Shown: positions 31,084-42,578, numbered from the stretch's first letter. The stretch is 64,000 nt of DNA from an uncultured delta proteobacterium (GCA_963811075.1 CAWEPY010000011.1:15393-79392); one strand, 5' to 3'. Numbers and translations: made by a program. The notes: a model not told the origin generated them from the sequence alone.

Positions 31084-31811
31084 AATTTCAGTTGGTAAAA
31101 GCCCTCATTGTCGCTTCAGTCCTGGCTATGTTGTTGCCTTTAGCCTCATTCGCCAAAGACCGTTCTGAAATTCTGCGATACGAAGTAACATGGAATGGCT
31201 CAAAGGCTGGGCACGGAGACATCACCATGAAATCTGAGGACGGGAAAGTAAGCGTTTTGGCCCAGGCAGTTTCGGACGGTGCTGTGAAGGCTATCCTTGA
31301 AATCTGGAGTCAAATCCGGGCTACTTTTTCGACGAGGAATTTCCATCCGGAGTCCTATCAATTCCATTTGAAATCAAATCTTCTCCGCTCTGAGGTCGTT
31401 GACCTTTCATTTGACCACAAGAAGCAGACTGTCTTGGTCAACAAGAACAATGGGGGCGAGCTGGAAAGCCACTCAGAAAAATCCTCGGGACTGCGCGACC
31501 CCATTTCCGCTGTTTACCTTCTCCGTAATCAGAAGGATTTTGACAAACCCATGTTCGTTGACATCTACGATGGTAAAGATAAAGCGCGTCTGCATGTTTC
31601 TCCCGAGGGGACTGAAATGGTCCGGGTCAAAGCGGGAAGTCAGCAGGCTCTTCGCATGAATCTACGACTCGAGCGCCTGGGAAAAGAACCCAAGGAAATT
31701 GCTAAGGGGAAGCTTTGGATCTCCAATGACGAAAACAGAATTCCTTTACTCCTGACATCTTCTGCAATTGTAGGTAACATTAGACTTGAACTCGTCCAGG
31801 CCCAGATGTAA
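31080..31811 (+). CDS. DUF3108 domain-containing secreted protein
   Basis: Signal peptide, then LRYEVTWNGSKAGHGDITM and a C-terminal KLWISNDENRIPLLL pattern as I recall for DUF3108. TTGA overlap with the upstream gene. Confidence 0.65.
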   Translation: MKFQLVKALIVASVLAMLLPLASFAKDRSEILRYEVTWNGSKAGHGDITMKSEDGKVSVLAQAVSDGAVKAILEIWSQIRATFSTRNFHPESYQFHLKSNLLRSEVVDLSFDHKKQTVLVNKNNGGELESHSEKSSGLRDPISAVYLLRNQKDFDKPMFVDIYDGKDKARLHVSPEGTEMVRVKAGSQQALRMNLRLERLGKEPKEIAKGKLWISNDENRIPLLLTSSAIVGNIRLELVQAQM

Positions 31812-31861
31812 TCTTTTGCCTGCCTGTTCCACCATCCGTAAGAGATTCCCCCTTCAGAGCC

Positions 31862-33322
31862 ATGAGTCCTGATAATATGTTTCAGGAACAAATCTTTCAG
31901 GACATTTTTCACAACTGTTTACAACTGTGTAATGAAAGTTACCTGGTAGGGGGGGCCGTACGGGATTCGCTAATTGGTTCTGACAGAATTTCAGATGTCG
32001 ACATTGCGTTAGAAGGAGACGGATACGAAATGGCGAGATTGCTCGCCGAATCGTTAAGTATGAGGGCAACCTTCGTGCCAATGGATAAAGTTCGACGTGT
32101 CGGGCGAGTGATTGCGGCCAATACATCCGCCTCGATCATAGACGTTTCCAGTTTCAAGGGCTTGACTATTTCTGACGATCTTTGCGCTCGCGATTTTACG
32201 ATTAATTCAATGGGTGTACATCTTTGGGACATCCTGAGCGGACGATTTTCCCAAGCTATAATTGACCCAGTTGGCGGCCGGGAAGATCTGAGAAACCGTA
32301 TCCTGAGAGTTTCGTCAGACGCTTCATTTGATGATGATCCGCTCAGAATGCTCCGGGCATTCAGATTTGAGGCCCAACTCGATTTTCGTATTGACTCTGG
32401 CGCACTAATGCAAATTAAAAACCTGGCGCACAGGATTCAATCTGTTTCAGGTGAACGCATAAGGGATGAACTCGCAGTAATTCTGTCTTCGAACTGTCAC
32501 GATATAGTGTCTGAGATGGCCGAGTTTGGATTGTTCTGGGGTATGTTTCCGCAACTTGTTCCCACTCTAGGACTAATCCAAAATGACTTTCATCATCTGG
32601 ACGTCTGGCGCCACACACAGTCGGCCCTGAAAAACCTGGAATGGATTATCACACATTTGCAGGATTTTTTTGGAGATTTGTCGGAAATTGTTCTCGACTA
32701 TCTCACTGAACAGCTAGTGCCGAACAGACAGCGAATCTGGTTGCTTAAATTGGCAGTGCTCTTCCATGACTCCGGCAAACCGTCGTCTTTGACCATCGAC
32801 ACCCACGGCCGTCGCAGATTCCTTCGCCATGAGAAAATTTCCGGATCTATCGCTGCGGAAGTGGGAAACTGGATCAAACTGGCTTCAAGAGAAATCTCCG
32901 TATTATGCTTGTGGGTTGAAGGCCATATGCGAACTTCCATTCTCTCTTCGGAAAACGTCTCCCAGAGGACTATGATTAGGTTCTGCCAGAATTTTGGGCG
33001 TGACGCCATTGGACTTGCCCTTTTGCATCTGGCCGATCTTTTCGCTTCACAAGGACCAGCCAGAAGCGCCGATGAATGTAAAAGGTCAATCGTGAGAGCT
33101 AGGCAGGTCTTAGAAATTCTGATTGAGCAGGAAAATACGCCAATGAGGCCGTTATTAAACGGCACAGAACTTATGTCGGAGTTCGATCTCAAGCAGGGAC
33201 CGAGGCTCGGGTCTACCTTGAGATGGCTTTCCACAGAGCAAAGCCTTGGCAATGTTGTGAATCGAAAGCAGGCTGTTGAAGCTGTGAGGAGATACCTCTC
33301 GATGAGTGAGCAGGAACTCTAA
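31862..33322 (+). CDS. cca: CCA tRNA nucleotidyltransferase / poly(A) polymerase family protein with an HD domain
   Basis: YLVGGAVRDSLIG...DVDIA nucleotidyltransferase head, RDFTINS and DPLRMLRAFRF. Central HHLDVWRH...LFHDSGKP HD motif. Confidence 0.85.
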   Translation: MSPDNMFQEQIFQDIFHNCLQLCNESYLVGGAVRDSLIGSDRISDVDIALEGDGYEMARLLAESLSMRATFVPMDKVRRVGRVIAANTSASIIDVSSFKGLTISDDLCARDFTINSMGVHLWDILSGRFSQAIIDPVGGREDLRNRILRVSSDASFDDDPLRMLRAFRFEAQLDFRIDSGALMQIKNLAHRIQSVSGERIRDELAVILSSNCHDIVSEMAEFGLFWGMFPQLVPTLGLIQNDFHHLDVWRHTQSALKNLEWIITHLQDFFGDLSEIVLDYLTEQLVPNRQRIWLLKLAVLFHDSGKPSSLTIDTHGRRRFLRHEKISGSIAAEVGNWIKLASREISVLCLWVEGHMRTSILSSENVSQRTMIRFCQNFGRDAIGLALLHLADLFASQGPARSADECKRSIVRARQVLEILIEQENTPMRPLLNGTELMSEFDLKQGPRLGSTLRWLSTEQSLGNVVNRKQAVEAVRRYLSMSEQEL

Positions 33323-33492
33323 AAAAAAGAGTAGCTATAGACTATGATTGGATTAGTTGGGATGGTGGTATTTCGGACAACCCATGTTGGCGGCCAGGAG
33401 TCACAAAACATCCAAAAGTTTAGCGCCGCCAACACGTGTTAGTTAATAATTCAGAGAATATTCATCACAGGCTTGAAAATATAAACAAATAG

Positions 33493-35229
33493 CTATTCTT
33501 TGCCTAACGAAGCCCCCAAGTTCTCCTTGAGCAGATCGCCTAAATTCGAAGCTACTACATCCTGGCTGCTGGCATAGCTTTTTTGCTCATAGTCCTGAGT
33601 CTTTTCAAGACTCTTGATTGATAGCGCTATCTTTTTGTCTTTTTTGTTGACCTTCAGCACTACCGCCGACAACTCCGCCGCTTCTTTCGTGAAATCATGA
33701 GGGGAACTGACCCTGTCTTTCGATAGTTCAGAAACATGAATCATGCCCTCAATGCCCTCTTCTATTTCAAGGAAAACTCCAAAATCAGTGATTGAAGACA
33801 CTTTGCCACTGACTTTCGCCCCTGGAGGGTATCGCTCCGGCACAGTCTCCCACGGATCTTCCGCCATTTGCTTTATGCCAAGAGAAAATCTTTCGTTCTC
33901 TTTGTCGATATTAAGAACTACCGCCTGAACGGTTTGTCCTTTCTTGTAAAAATCACCGGGGTGTTTGATGCGCTGGGTCCAGGAAATGTCTGAAATGTGT
34001 ACAAGGCCATCTATGCCTTCATCAATTCCCACGAAGATGCCAAAATCAGTCACATTACGGATCTTGCCCTCAATCTTTGTACCTTCCGGATAACGTTCGG
34101 CGATCACATCCCATGGGTTGGAGCGCAGTTGCTTCATACCCAGCGAAATGCGCTTTTGTTCCTTGTCAACATTGAGGACCATAACTTCCACTTCTTCACC
34201 GATATGCACCATCTTGGATGGATGCCTGGGCTTTTTTGTCCAAGCCATTTCGGATACGTGAACAAGTCCCTCCACACCAGTTTCCAACTCAACGAAAATA
34301 CCGTAGTCCGTAATACTGACGACCTTCCCCGTCCATTTCGATTCACTGGGATATTTCTGGTCGGCTGTCTCCCACGGGTCCGGGGTGAGCTGCTTGAGCC
34401 CCAGGGAAACTCGCTCTTTGTCCTCATCAAATTTAAGGACTTTAACCTCGATCTCATCCCCCACTTTGATCATATCGGCTGGATGGTTGATCCTACCCCA
34501 TGACATGTCGGTGATGTGAAGCAGGCCGTCAATTCCACCCAGATCAACAAAAGCCCCATAGTCTGTGATATTCTTAACTTGTCCTCTGAATATCTCTCCA
34601 CTTTCAAGCGCGTGCGAGATGAAATCCTTCCTTTGGTCCCTGGTTTTGTCAAGAAGCGGACGTCTCGAAAGAACTATGTTTCCACGCTTCCGATTGTATT
34701 TCAAGACATTGAATTCGAAAGTTTCTCCGATGTATTTGTCAAAATTCCTGACGGGTTTAAGATCAATCTGCGAGCCTGGAAGGAACGCCGGAACTCCAAT
34801 ATCCACCTGCATGCCGCCTTTGACTCTAGCGACTACTTTGCCTTCGATTGTCTTTTCGGTTTCACAAATTTCGGCTATCTCATCCCATATCTTGATCTTG
34901 TCTGCCTTGGTCTTTGATATCCTTACACCACCGCCGCTGTCTCCCATTCCTTCAAGGAATACCTCGACATCGTCACCTACTGCGACGGTAGGTTTGCCAT
35001 CAGTGTCGAGAAATTGATCAAGAGGAATTTGTCCTTCGGACTTGGAGCCAACATCAACCATTACGAATTCAGGCGTAATTTGCACAACTACACCTGTAAC
35101 GATCTGGCCTTCCTGGGCCTTGTGAAAACTACTTTCGACAAGTTCCGCAAAATTTTCTTCTTTAGTGGTATCCTGCCCTTCTTCTTCGTTAGTCAAATTG
35201 TCAATAGATTGGGTTTCCAAATTTTCCAT
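33493..35229 (-). CDS. rpsA: 30S ribosomal protein S1
   Basis: Six S1 repeats (e.g. GKVVSITDYGIFVELETGVEGLVHVSEM). I chose the start at MENLETQ; the ORF-track start at 35274 is also possible. Confidence 0.95.
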   Translation of the reverse strand: MENLETQSIDNLTNEEEGQDTTKEENFAELVESSFHKAQEGQIVTGVVVQITPEFVMVDVGSKSEGQIPLDQFLDTDGKPTVAVGDDVEVFLEGMGDSGGGVRISKTKADKIKIWDEIAEICETEKTIEGKVVARVKGGMQVDIGVPAFLPGSQIDLKPVRNFDKYIGETFEFNVLKYNRKRGNIVLSRRPLLDKTRDQRKDFISHALESGEIFRGQVKNITDYGAFVDLGGIDGLLHITDMSWGRINHPADMIKVGDEIEVKVLKFDEDKERVSLGLKQLTPDPWETADQKYPSESKWTGKVVSITDYGIFVELETGVEGLVHVSEMAWTKKPRHPSKMVHIGEEVEVMVLNVDKEQKRISLGMKQLRSNPWDVIAERYPEGTKIEGKIRNVTDFGIFVGIDEGIDGLVHISDISWTQRIKHPGDFYKKGQTVQAVVLNIDKENERFSLGIKQMAEDPWETVPERYPPGAKVSGKVSSITDFGVFLEIEEGIEGMIHVSELSKDRVSSPHDFTKEAAELSAVVLKVNKKDKKIALSIKSLEKTQDYEQKSYASSQDVVASNLGDLLKENLGASLGKE

Positions 35230-35358
35230 CCAGTAAACACCCCCAGACTCTTTTGTCGGCCGTCGGTATTTCAACTAAGCTGATTAATCGATTATATATA
35301 TCCGATGTACACAATTGTTACAAGAGAAACTTAGACAGGATCAAACTTTTTCCACCTA

Positions 35359-36057
35359 CTATCCATTGAAAGCCCTTCCTGCAATCACCTCTAACCTCTC
35401 CAGGATTCTCTCGGTAACATCCTGGGGCGTTAAAGTTGTAGTGTCAATTATCGTGGCGTCTTCGGCAGGAATCATCGGCGCCAAAGCCCTCGATTCGTCC
35501 CTTTGGTCTCTGGCTACCATGTCTGAAAGCACCTGTGCGTAAAAAGGCTTTTCACCCTTTCCCATTAGTTCCGAATATCTCCGTTTAGCTCGCTCTTCAG
35601 GGTCGGCGGTAATGAAAAACTTGGCCTGAGCAAAAGGAAACACCACTGCGCCCATGTCTCTCCCTTCAGCTACAATGTCGCATTTCTTGGCGACTGCCCG
35701 TTGGATATCCAAAAGGGCCTTTCTGATTTCAGGTTTTGCGGAAAACTTTGAGGCGGCGTTACCAACTTCCTCAGACCTGATGCTCGAACTCACATCCTCG
35801 CTTTGAAGCATTAGTCTCATGCCACCTACGTCAGGTTCAACGGATATTTCAATTGATTCGAGCAGTTCCGCAGGCACGGATTGGTTTTCAGGCTTGACGC
35901 CGCCCCTCAGAAGAGCCAAGGCTAGAGCTCTATACAGAGCGCCGCTGTCCAGCATGCAAAAGCCTAGTCGTTGGGCCAGGTTTCTAGCTATGGTAGTCTT
36001 TCCCGCCCCGGCTGGACCATCTATTGTTATTACAAAAAACGTTCTGTCCTGCGCCAT
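35359..36057 (-). CDS. cmk: (d)CMP kinase
   Basis: ITIDGPAGAGKTTIARNLA P-loop and GRDMGAVVFP. Conserved cmk-rpsA arrangement. Confidence 0.94.
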   Translation of the reverse strand: MAQDRTFFVITIDGPAGAGKTTIARNLAQRLGFCMLDSGALYRALALALLRGGVKPENQSVPAELLESIEISVEPDVGGMRLMLQSEDVSSSIRSEEVGNAASKFSAKPEIRKALLDIQRAVAKKCDIVAEGRDMGAVVFPFAQAKFFITADPEERAKRRYSELMGKGEKPFYAQVLSDMVARDQRDESRALAPMIPAEDATIIDTTTLTPQDVTERILERLEVIAGRAFNG

Positions 36058-36137
36058 TTCTCTCCTTGAATCAATGTGGAGACTGAGCCGCTGAAAACAT
36101 TACTTGAGAAAACGACCGTCCCCTTTTAAAACACGTG

Positions 36138-37259
36138 CTAAATGAGAGGCATAACTTTCCGGATGGCTTGCATCATCTTCCTATTCTGTTCTTCCAGTCC
36201 AACAGTAACCCTAATGTAGTCAGGAAGCCCAAAGCTTTTTAGATGGCGCACGATTATACCTTCCTTCAGCAGCGCCAAATATAGATTTCCAGCGTCACCT
36301 GTCGGTTGGAAAGCCACAAAATTAGCCTGAGAATCAATGGCGTTAAATCCCAATTCACGAAGCCCTTCGCAAATGAACGTTCTCCCGACGAGATTCAATT
36401 CGTAGGATCTTTTAACATGCTCATCATCCGAAATAGCCGCAATTGCCGCAATCTGAGCCAAAAGGTTTACGTTGAAAGGCGGCTTTACTCGATTCAGAAG
36501 TTGAATCAGCCACTGATGGGAGGCTCCATATCCAACTCTTAAACCTGCAAGACCATATATTTTTGAAAAGGTCCTCAATACAATCAGGTGATTCGATTGA
36601 AGTATATAATCCATGCCATTCACGCAATCCGACGCGTTGCAATACTCCCGATAGGCCTCGTCTAGAATTATTATGACATTGCTGTTATCAGCCTGTTCAA
36701 GTAATTTTTCAAAACTTGCCCTGTCAAATGTTACCCCTGTAGGGCTGTGAGGATTAGACACGAACAGCAGCCGGGTTCTAGGCCCAATACAGCGGGCCAT
36801 GGCATCCAGATCCGGGCCGAACCCTTTCAACGGAATCATCTTTGAAATTCCCCCGAAAAGCCTGGTGACGATCTTGTACATGGAAAAAGCCTTTTCAGGC
36901 ATTATGACTTCATCGTCCAGCCCAACAAACACGTGGGACAGCATCTGCATAATCTCGTCAGATCCGTTTCCCAAAATTATCTGGTCTGAAGCCAGCCCAA
37001 ACTTTGCTGCAATGGCAGACCGAAGATCGGGAGCCGAAGACTCCGGATAAATATTAGCCGTTCCGGCGTTCCTCAATATAGCTTCCAAGGCTTTTGGGGA
37101 AGGACCAAGTGGATTCTCGTTGGACGCAAGTTTAATAGCCCCGGATATTCCTAATTCTCTCTCGACTTCCGCTACCGGCTTTCCCGGAATGTATTCGGGA
37201 ATTGAAAGTACATGGGGCAAAACAACCTCTCTTGCCCAATCCGGGGTGACTGAACTCAT
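36138..37259 (-). CDS. hisC: Histidinol-phosphate aminotransferase
   Basis: KLASNENPLGPSP, and a PLP-lysine region (RTFSKIYGLAGLRVGY). Confidence 0.92.
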   Translation of the reverse strand: MSSVTPDWAREVVLPHVLSIPEYIPGKPVAEVERELGISGAIKLASNENPLGPSPKALEAILRNAGTANIYPESSAPDLRSAIAAKFGLASDQIILGNGSDEIMQMLSHVFVGLDDEVIMPEKAFSMYKIVTRLFGGISKMIPLKGFGPDLDAMARCIGPRTRLLFVSNPHSPTGVTFDRASFEKLLEQADNSNVIIILDEAYREYCNASDCVNGMDYILQSNHLIVLRTFSKIYGLAGLRVGYGASHQWLIQLLNRVKPPFNVNLLAQIAAIAAISDDEHVKRSYELNLVGRTFICEGLRELGFNAIDSQANFVAFQPTGDAGNLYLALLKEGIIVRHLKSFGLPDYIRVTVGLEEQNRKMMQAIRKVMPLI

Positions 37260-37507
37260 TGCGACAACCTCAAGATATTATGCGGTTAAGCCTGTTAAAG
37301 ATTTCCCCTGAAACGCTCAATCAGGTCGAGCAATTTTTATACCCTTTGGATGTCTAGAGGTCAACCCGATGTTGCGCTCGGCTATCCATGACTCCAGCAA
37401 CTTCCCAACTTCCCAGGTCGAGGAAATAGAGAAAACCACACAATTTCACTTGACAACAACTCATAAACTTATTAGCGTATATATATTCGTAAAAACAGTG
37501 TGTTATT

Positions 37508-38851
37508 ATGATAATATCATTTATAAAATTGATAAAAATAAAAAGTTATTTGATCTTACTAGTATTTTATTTATTGTGTTCGTCTCAGGTACTTGCGGCC
37601 TCCCCGTCCCTGAATCGGGTTCAATCACCGTCCACGGTAGAACCTCCCGTAATTGCGGCTCAATTTGAACACCGGCAACTTAATGAGAACAAAATGGACC
37701 ATGGCGAGCGGTTTCTGCCCTATACATTGAATTATGGGCTCCGCATGGCCTTGCCAAGCCCCTTGAAAAATAATTTCGATTTTGACGCAGGTTTTGACAA
37801 GTGGCAGGGTCTTCCAACAATGAAACTTGACTGCTTCGTTCCCGCCAAGGCATGGAACGACAAAAGTGTTTTCTTTGCTCCACGCGTTTCCATTACCGGT
37901 CGCAACGAGAGTTTTTCGGTTGGGGCCGGGATCCGGCAGCTTATTACCTCGGAATCGATGATTGGTTTTCACGCGTTTCACGACTGGACTCGAGACAGGA
38001 AACCCGGAACCGAATTCCTGCGGCAGGCTGGTTTCGGAGTGGAGTTCTCGGCTTTGCCCGGCTATTTCTCAGACGTAACATTTTCGGCCAACGCTTATTT
38101 CCCCACCAACACACGCGAAGAACTCAAAAATGATGGCATATCAGTCTTAAAGGAGAGTTTACCCATGGGCGCCGACGCCAGGATAAACTTCCTGCTGCCA
38201 AATGTGTCATCCTGGCTTGATTTCCGGTTGGACGCCTCTGCGCACAAGTATACCGGCCTGAAATATAATTCATCAGGGTACAAGACAGGGCTTTCGATGA
38301 ATTCGCGCGACGGTTTCATGAACATGAGATTTGAACAGGGCGAAGACAGTGGGGGTGGGCGCAATTACAGCTTCACCGCTGGTATTCAGTTGGCTTTTGA
38401 CTGGAAAGCTCTATTGGATTCAAAGAACCCTTTTTCAGCTCCGTACACCTATTCCGATACCCGTTACAACCGGAAGCTTCGCAACAACCTCTATTCAAAA
38501 GTCATTCGTAAGCACGATCTGCCGAGGGATCGCATTGAACAGCGATCTACTCTCATGGCTTCGGCAGTTGGAGATACCGTCACCTTTACCGGAGGATTTC
38601 CAAATCTGCCCTATTCTACCCTCACCTTACAGGTCTCACAAAGTCCCTGGAGGGATTATTCCGAGATCGTGACGGACGACCAAGGGACCTACTACGGGGC
38701 AATTTCAATGCAACCAGGCGTTTGTAGGGTTCGTGTTTTGCACAAACCGTCTGGATGGGCAACCCCACCCAAAACTGTCGTAATCGCTGATCCTTCTGAA
38801 AACACAATTACTGAAAAGAACGATCAAAGCGCCGGTCTCACGGATTTCTAG
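37508..38851 (+). CDS. Inverse-autotransporter-like outer-membrane beta-barrel protein with a short C-terminal beta-sandwich passenger
   Basis: Signal peptide ...CSSQVLA/AS. The central region IGFHAFHDW...RQAGFGVEFSALPGYFSDVTFSANAYFP...ADARINFLLP follows the intimin/invasin beta-domain pattern as I recall it. The last ~100 aa (TLTLQVSQ...VTDDQGTYYGAISMQPGVCRVRVL) look like a CarboxypepD_reg/Ig-like fold. Confidence 0.55.
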   Translation: MIISFIKLIKIKSYLILLVFYLLCSSQVLAASPSLNRVQSPSTVEPPVIAAQFEHRQLNENKMDHGERFLPYTLNYGLRMALPSPLKNNFDFDAGFDKWQGLPTMKLDCFVPAKAWNDKSVFFAPRVSITGRNESFSVGAGIRQLITSESMIGFHAFHDWTRDRKPGTEFLRQAGFGVEFSALPGYFSDVTFSANAYFPTNTREELKNDGISVLKESLPMGADARINFLLPNVSSWLDFRLDASAHKYTGLKYNSSGYKTGLSMNSRDGFMNMRFEQGEDSGGGRNYSFTAGIQLAFDWKALLDSKNPFSAPYTYSDTRYNRKLRNNLYSKVIRKHDLPRDRIEQRSTLMASAVGDTVTFTGGFPNLPYSTLTLQVSQSPWRDYSEIVTDDQGTYYGAISMQPGVCRVRVLHKPSGWATPPKTVVIADPSENTITEKNDQSAGLTDF

Positions 38852-38876
38852 GACATATCCAAATATCCCCTTAAAT

Positions 38877-41800
38877 TCACATGTTTCGTCTATACTGTCC
38901 GCCGGCCCTGTAAAGAGTCTGGGTAATCTCACCCAGTGAGCAGTAATTTACGGTCTCCATAAGTTCCTCGAAAATGTTTCCCTCGGATTGCGCAACTCTG
39001 TACAGCTTTTCACGAGCAGGCCCCGAATGTTCTTTGTTGCGTTCCTTAAATTCTCTAAGCCTTCTCAACTGGGACTGTTTTTCCTCTTCAGTGCCTCTGG
39101 CGAGTTCAAGAGCGCACTGCTCCAGATAGACCTTGTCTGAATTGAGGAAAGTGTTTACTCCAATTATCGGATATTCCCCTGTGGATTTTAGGGTTTCATA
39201 ATATAGGGACTCATCCTGAATCTTAGTTCTTTGGTAGCCTGTCTCCATGGCTCCAAGGACCCCACCGCGCTGGGAAAGCCGGTCGAATTCCAACAGGACC
39301 GCTTCTTCAACAAGATCAGTAAGTTCATCGATAATGAATGATCCCTGGTTCACGTTGTCAACCCGGGAGATTCCCCATTCCTTATTGATGATCATCTGTA
39401 TGGCAAGAGCTCTCCGGACTGATTCCTCGCTGGGAGTGGTTATCGCTTCGTCGTAGGAATTGGTGTGCAGAGAGTTGCAGTTGTCATAGATGGCGATTAG
39501 CGCCTGCAGCGTCGTCCTTATATCGTTGAACTGAATCTCCTGGGCATGTAGTGACCGGCCACTGGTCTGGATATGATATTTGAGTTTCTGGGAACGTTCA
39601 TTGCCTTCGTACTTGTCCCTCATGGCGACAGCCCATATTCTCCGGGCCACTCTACCTATAACGCTGTATTCGGGCTCCATACCATTGGAGAAAAAGAAAC
39701 TGAGGTTGGGAGCGAAGTCATCGATTTTCATTCCACGTGAGAGATAATATTCCACATAGGTGAAACCATTGGCCAGAGTTAAGGCTAGCTGGGTTAGCGG
39801 ATTAGCCCCAGCTTCGGCTATGTGATACCCGGAAATAGACACCGAGTAAAAGTTTCTAACATTATTTTTTATGAAAAAATCCTGAATGTCTCCCATCATC
39901 CTCAGAGAGAAATCCGTCGAGAAAATACAGGTGTTCTGGCCCTGGTCCTCCTTGAGTATGTCCGCCTGAATGGTTCCCCTGATATTTGAAAGCACTTCGG
40001 ATTTGGCTTTTAATGCAACGTCCGGAGTAGGTTCCACACCAGTTTCTCGTCTGAGAACGTCGAGTTTCTGTTCAATAGCGCTGTTAAAAAACATGGCGAG
40101 CATGATCGGAGCCGGGCCGTTTATCGTCATTGAAACCGACGTGTTGGCTGCGCTGAGATCGAACCCTGCGTAAAGCTCCTTCACGTCATCCAGCGTACAT
40201 ATTGATACTCCCGATGTTCCAATTTTCCCATAGATGTCGGGCCTCTCGTCAGGATCCTGACCGTATAGTGTCACGGAGTCAAATGCGGTAGACAGCCTTT
40301 TGGCAACACTGTTCTGGGAGAGATACTTGAATCTTCGATTTGTCTTGAAGGGATCTCCTTCGCCGGCAAACATTCGGGTGGGATCTTCGTCCTGCCTTTT
40401 GAAAGGGAAGACTCCGGCGGTATAGGGAAACATGCCGGGAAGGTTTTCCCGAAGTCTCCACCTGAGTATCTGTCCAGGGTCCTCATATTTGGGAAGAGCT
40501 ATGCGAGGAAGCAGTGTTCCGCTGAGTGTCTTTATTTTCAACTTAACCGGGATTTTTCGACCCCTCACAGTAAAGACGTAATCTTCGCCTGAATAGGCCT
40601 CCCTGATGTCTTCCCACTCTCCTACGAGCTTGAGCGCCCGGGGATCAAGTTCTTTTTCGATTTGTTCCTGGAGTTTCTTGATCTTGGAGAACGCTTCAGA
40701 GTTTTCTCCGACATTATCGATCCTGAACTCCTTCTCTACCGCGTCCAGTCTCCACAATCGTCGGATTAGATTTTCCTGTACAGCTCCCCAGGAATGATAT
40801 TTCCTAACCGTGGTGGCTATCTCGGAAAGATAGCCTGATCGTTCCGAAGGTATGATAATGGTTCTTGATGACGGCATTCTGTCTTGTTTGGCTGTCATGG
40901 ATGTTTGCCAACTCAAATCCAACTTCCGATTGAGTTCACCGATTAGGCCAACATACAAAGAGGTTACTCCGTCATCATTAAACCGTGAGGCTATGGTTCC
41001 ATAAACAGGCAAACTTTCCATATCCAGGCCAAAACTCAGGCGATTTCTCTGAACCTGTTTTCTGACATCGTGCAGAGCGTCTTCCGAACCCTGCCTGTCG
41101 AACTTGTTGATGGCTATTAAGTCTGCAAAGTCCAGCATGTCGATCTTCTCGAGCTGACTCTGAGCGCCAAATTCCGAAGTCATAACATAGAGCGAAACGT
41201 CCGAAAGAGGAACTACCGCAGCGTCGCCCTGACCAATGCCCGCTGTTTCGACTATTATGAGGTCGAAGCCGGCGGCTTTCAGAACTTCGATGGCTTCCTC
41301 CATATGCGACGGGACCTCCATCCCCTGATTTCGAGTCGCCATGGATCGATAGTAAACCCTGTCCGTATGGATGGAATTCATTCTGATCCGGTCGCCGAGC
41401 AATGCGCCGCCTGTCTTTCTACGTGTTGGGTCAACAGATATTATGCCAACTGTCTTGTCAGGCTGGTCGTTTAAAAAACGCAGGGTGATTTCATCGGTAA
41501 GCGAAGACTTACCTGCGCCACCCGTGCCGGTAATCCCCAGGACAGGGACTATCCTGTCTTCAAACCTATTCCTCAGAAGTGTCCGTATCTCGGCAAGGTC
41601 CCCGTTTCCTCGCTCTTTGGCAACATCAACAGTGGAGATCATTTTGGCCACGGATTTCCAGTCTCTAGGGTCCAGCCTCGACAGATAACCATTTACGCGC
41701 CCGTCTGAAACCGGAAAATCGGACAACTCGAGGAACCTGTTGATCATCCCCTGTAGTCCTAATTGGCGACCGTCATCAGGGCTGAATATCTTGGTCACCC

Positions 41801-42152
41801 CGTAGGATTCCAGTTCCTGTATCTCTTCGACAACTATGACACCGCCCCCGCCCCCGAATACCTTTATTTGCGTGCTGTCAAACTCCCGAAGAAGGTCGAT
41901 TATGTATTTGAAGAATTCCATGTGACCGCCCTGGTAGGAACTGATTCCAATCGCCTGGGCGTCTTCCTGAACAGCGGCGCACACAATCTCCGAAACGGAC
42001 CTGTTGTGCCCCAGGTGAATAACCTCCGCTCCTGAAGCCTGAAGTATGCGACGCATGATGTTTATGGCGGCGTCATGCCCATCGAAAAGTGACGCGGCTG
42101 TAACTACCCTGATATGATTTTTAGGCTCGTAAGGCGCAGACGACAGATTCAT
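38877..42152 (-). CDS. icmF: Fused isobutyryl-CoA mutase (B12-binding domain, MeaB-like G-protein, mutase catalytic domain)
   Basis: 1091 aa. N-terminal B12 domain [14 protein letters not shown], GTPase P-loop [13 protein letters not shown] and NKFD. The C-terminal ~550 aa is an acyl-CoA mutase substrate domain. Confidence 0.93.
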   Translation of the reverse strand: MNLSSAPYEPKNHIRVVTAASLFDGHDAAINIMRRILQASGAEVIHLGHNRSVSEIVCAAVQEDAQAIGISSYQGGHMEFFKYIIDLLREFDSTQIKVFGGGGGVIVVEEIQELESYGVTKIFSPDDGRQLGLQGMINRFLELSDFPVSDGRVNGYLSRLDPRDWKSVAKMISTVDVAKERGNGDLAEIRTLLRNRFEDRIVPVLGITGTGGAGKSSLTDEITLRFLNDQPDKTVGIISVDPTRRKTGGALLGDRIRMNSIHTDRVYYRSMATRNQGMEVPSHMEEAIEVLKAAGFDLIIVETAGIGQGDAAVVPLSDVSLYVMTSEFGAQSQLEKIDMLDFADLIAINKFDRQGSEDALHDVRKQVQRNRLSFGLDMESLPVYGTIASRFNDDGVTSLYVGLIGELNRKLDLSWQTSMTAKQDRMPSSRTIIIPSERSGYLSEIATTVRKYHSWGAVQENLIRRLWRLDAVEKEFRIDNVGENSEAFSKIKKLQEQIEKELDPRALKLVGEWEDIREAYSGEDYVFTVRGRKIPVKLKIKTLSGTLLPRIALPKYEDPGQILRWRLRENLPGMFPYTAGVFPFKRQDEDPTRMFAGEGDPFKTNRRFKYLSQNSVAKRLSTAFDSVTLYGQDPDERPDIYGKIGTSGVSICTLDDVKELYAGFDLSAANTSVSMTINGPAPIMLAMFFNSAIEQKLDVLRRETGVEPTPDVALKAKSEVLSNIRGTIQADILKEDQGQNTCIFSTDFSLRMMGDIQDFFIKNNVRNFYSVSISGYHIAEAGANPLTQLALTLANGFTYVEYYLSRGMKIDDFAPNLSFFFSNGMEPEYSVIGRVARRIWAVAMRDKYEGNERSQKLKYHIQTSGRSLHAQEIQFNDIRTTLQALIAIYDNCNSLHTNSYDEAITTPSEESVRRALAIQMIINKEWGISRVDNVNQGSFIIDELTDLVEEAVLLEFDRLSQRGGVLGAMETGYQRTKIQDESLYYETLKSTGEYPIIGVNTFLNSDKVYLEQCALELARGTEEEKQSQLRRLREFKERNKEHSGPAREKLYRVAQSEGNIFEELMETVNYCSLGEITQTLYRAGGQYRRNM

Positions 42153-42549
42153 GATGCACTCCGGCCAATCTATGTATTAATCGGGTCAATACCGATCTGC
42201 TTACAATAAATTGATAAAAGTCGATCTGACAGCTTCTGTTAAGCGACTAAGCCGACCAATCGCGGATGGAGGGACAAGCCTTCCCATATAATGTCAGACA
42301 CCTAACAGATATCCAACTCAAAAAATGGAACAGCGCTAGGGATTGTTTTAGATGATATGCCAATGCCGGCTTAAATTCAACCATTATGCGGAATTCTGTC
42401 TCCTTATGGCCGTTTTCCCCAAGACAACCTTACTCACGTTCATCCAGCGCCGATTATATCTCTGTAGACGCAGCGTTTTATAAATCTAAGTTAAAGTGTT
42501 GTGTCATTTAAGTGATCTTATAGTTTATATATAAACCCGTAATAATTTC

Positions 42550-42578
42550 TTGACTGTTTAGTAACATGGTGATAATAT
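42550..42578 (+). promoter_or_regulatory. Sigma70-like promoter with an extended -10, upstream of the hydrolase gene
   Basis: TTGACT (42550-55), 17 nt, TAATAT (42573-78), preceded by TGa. Confidence 0.45.
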
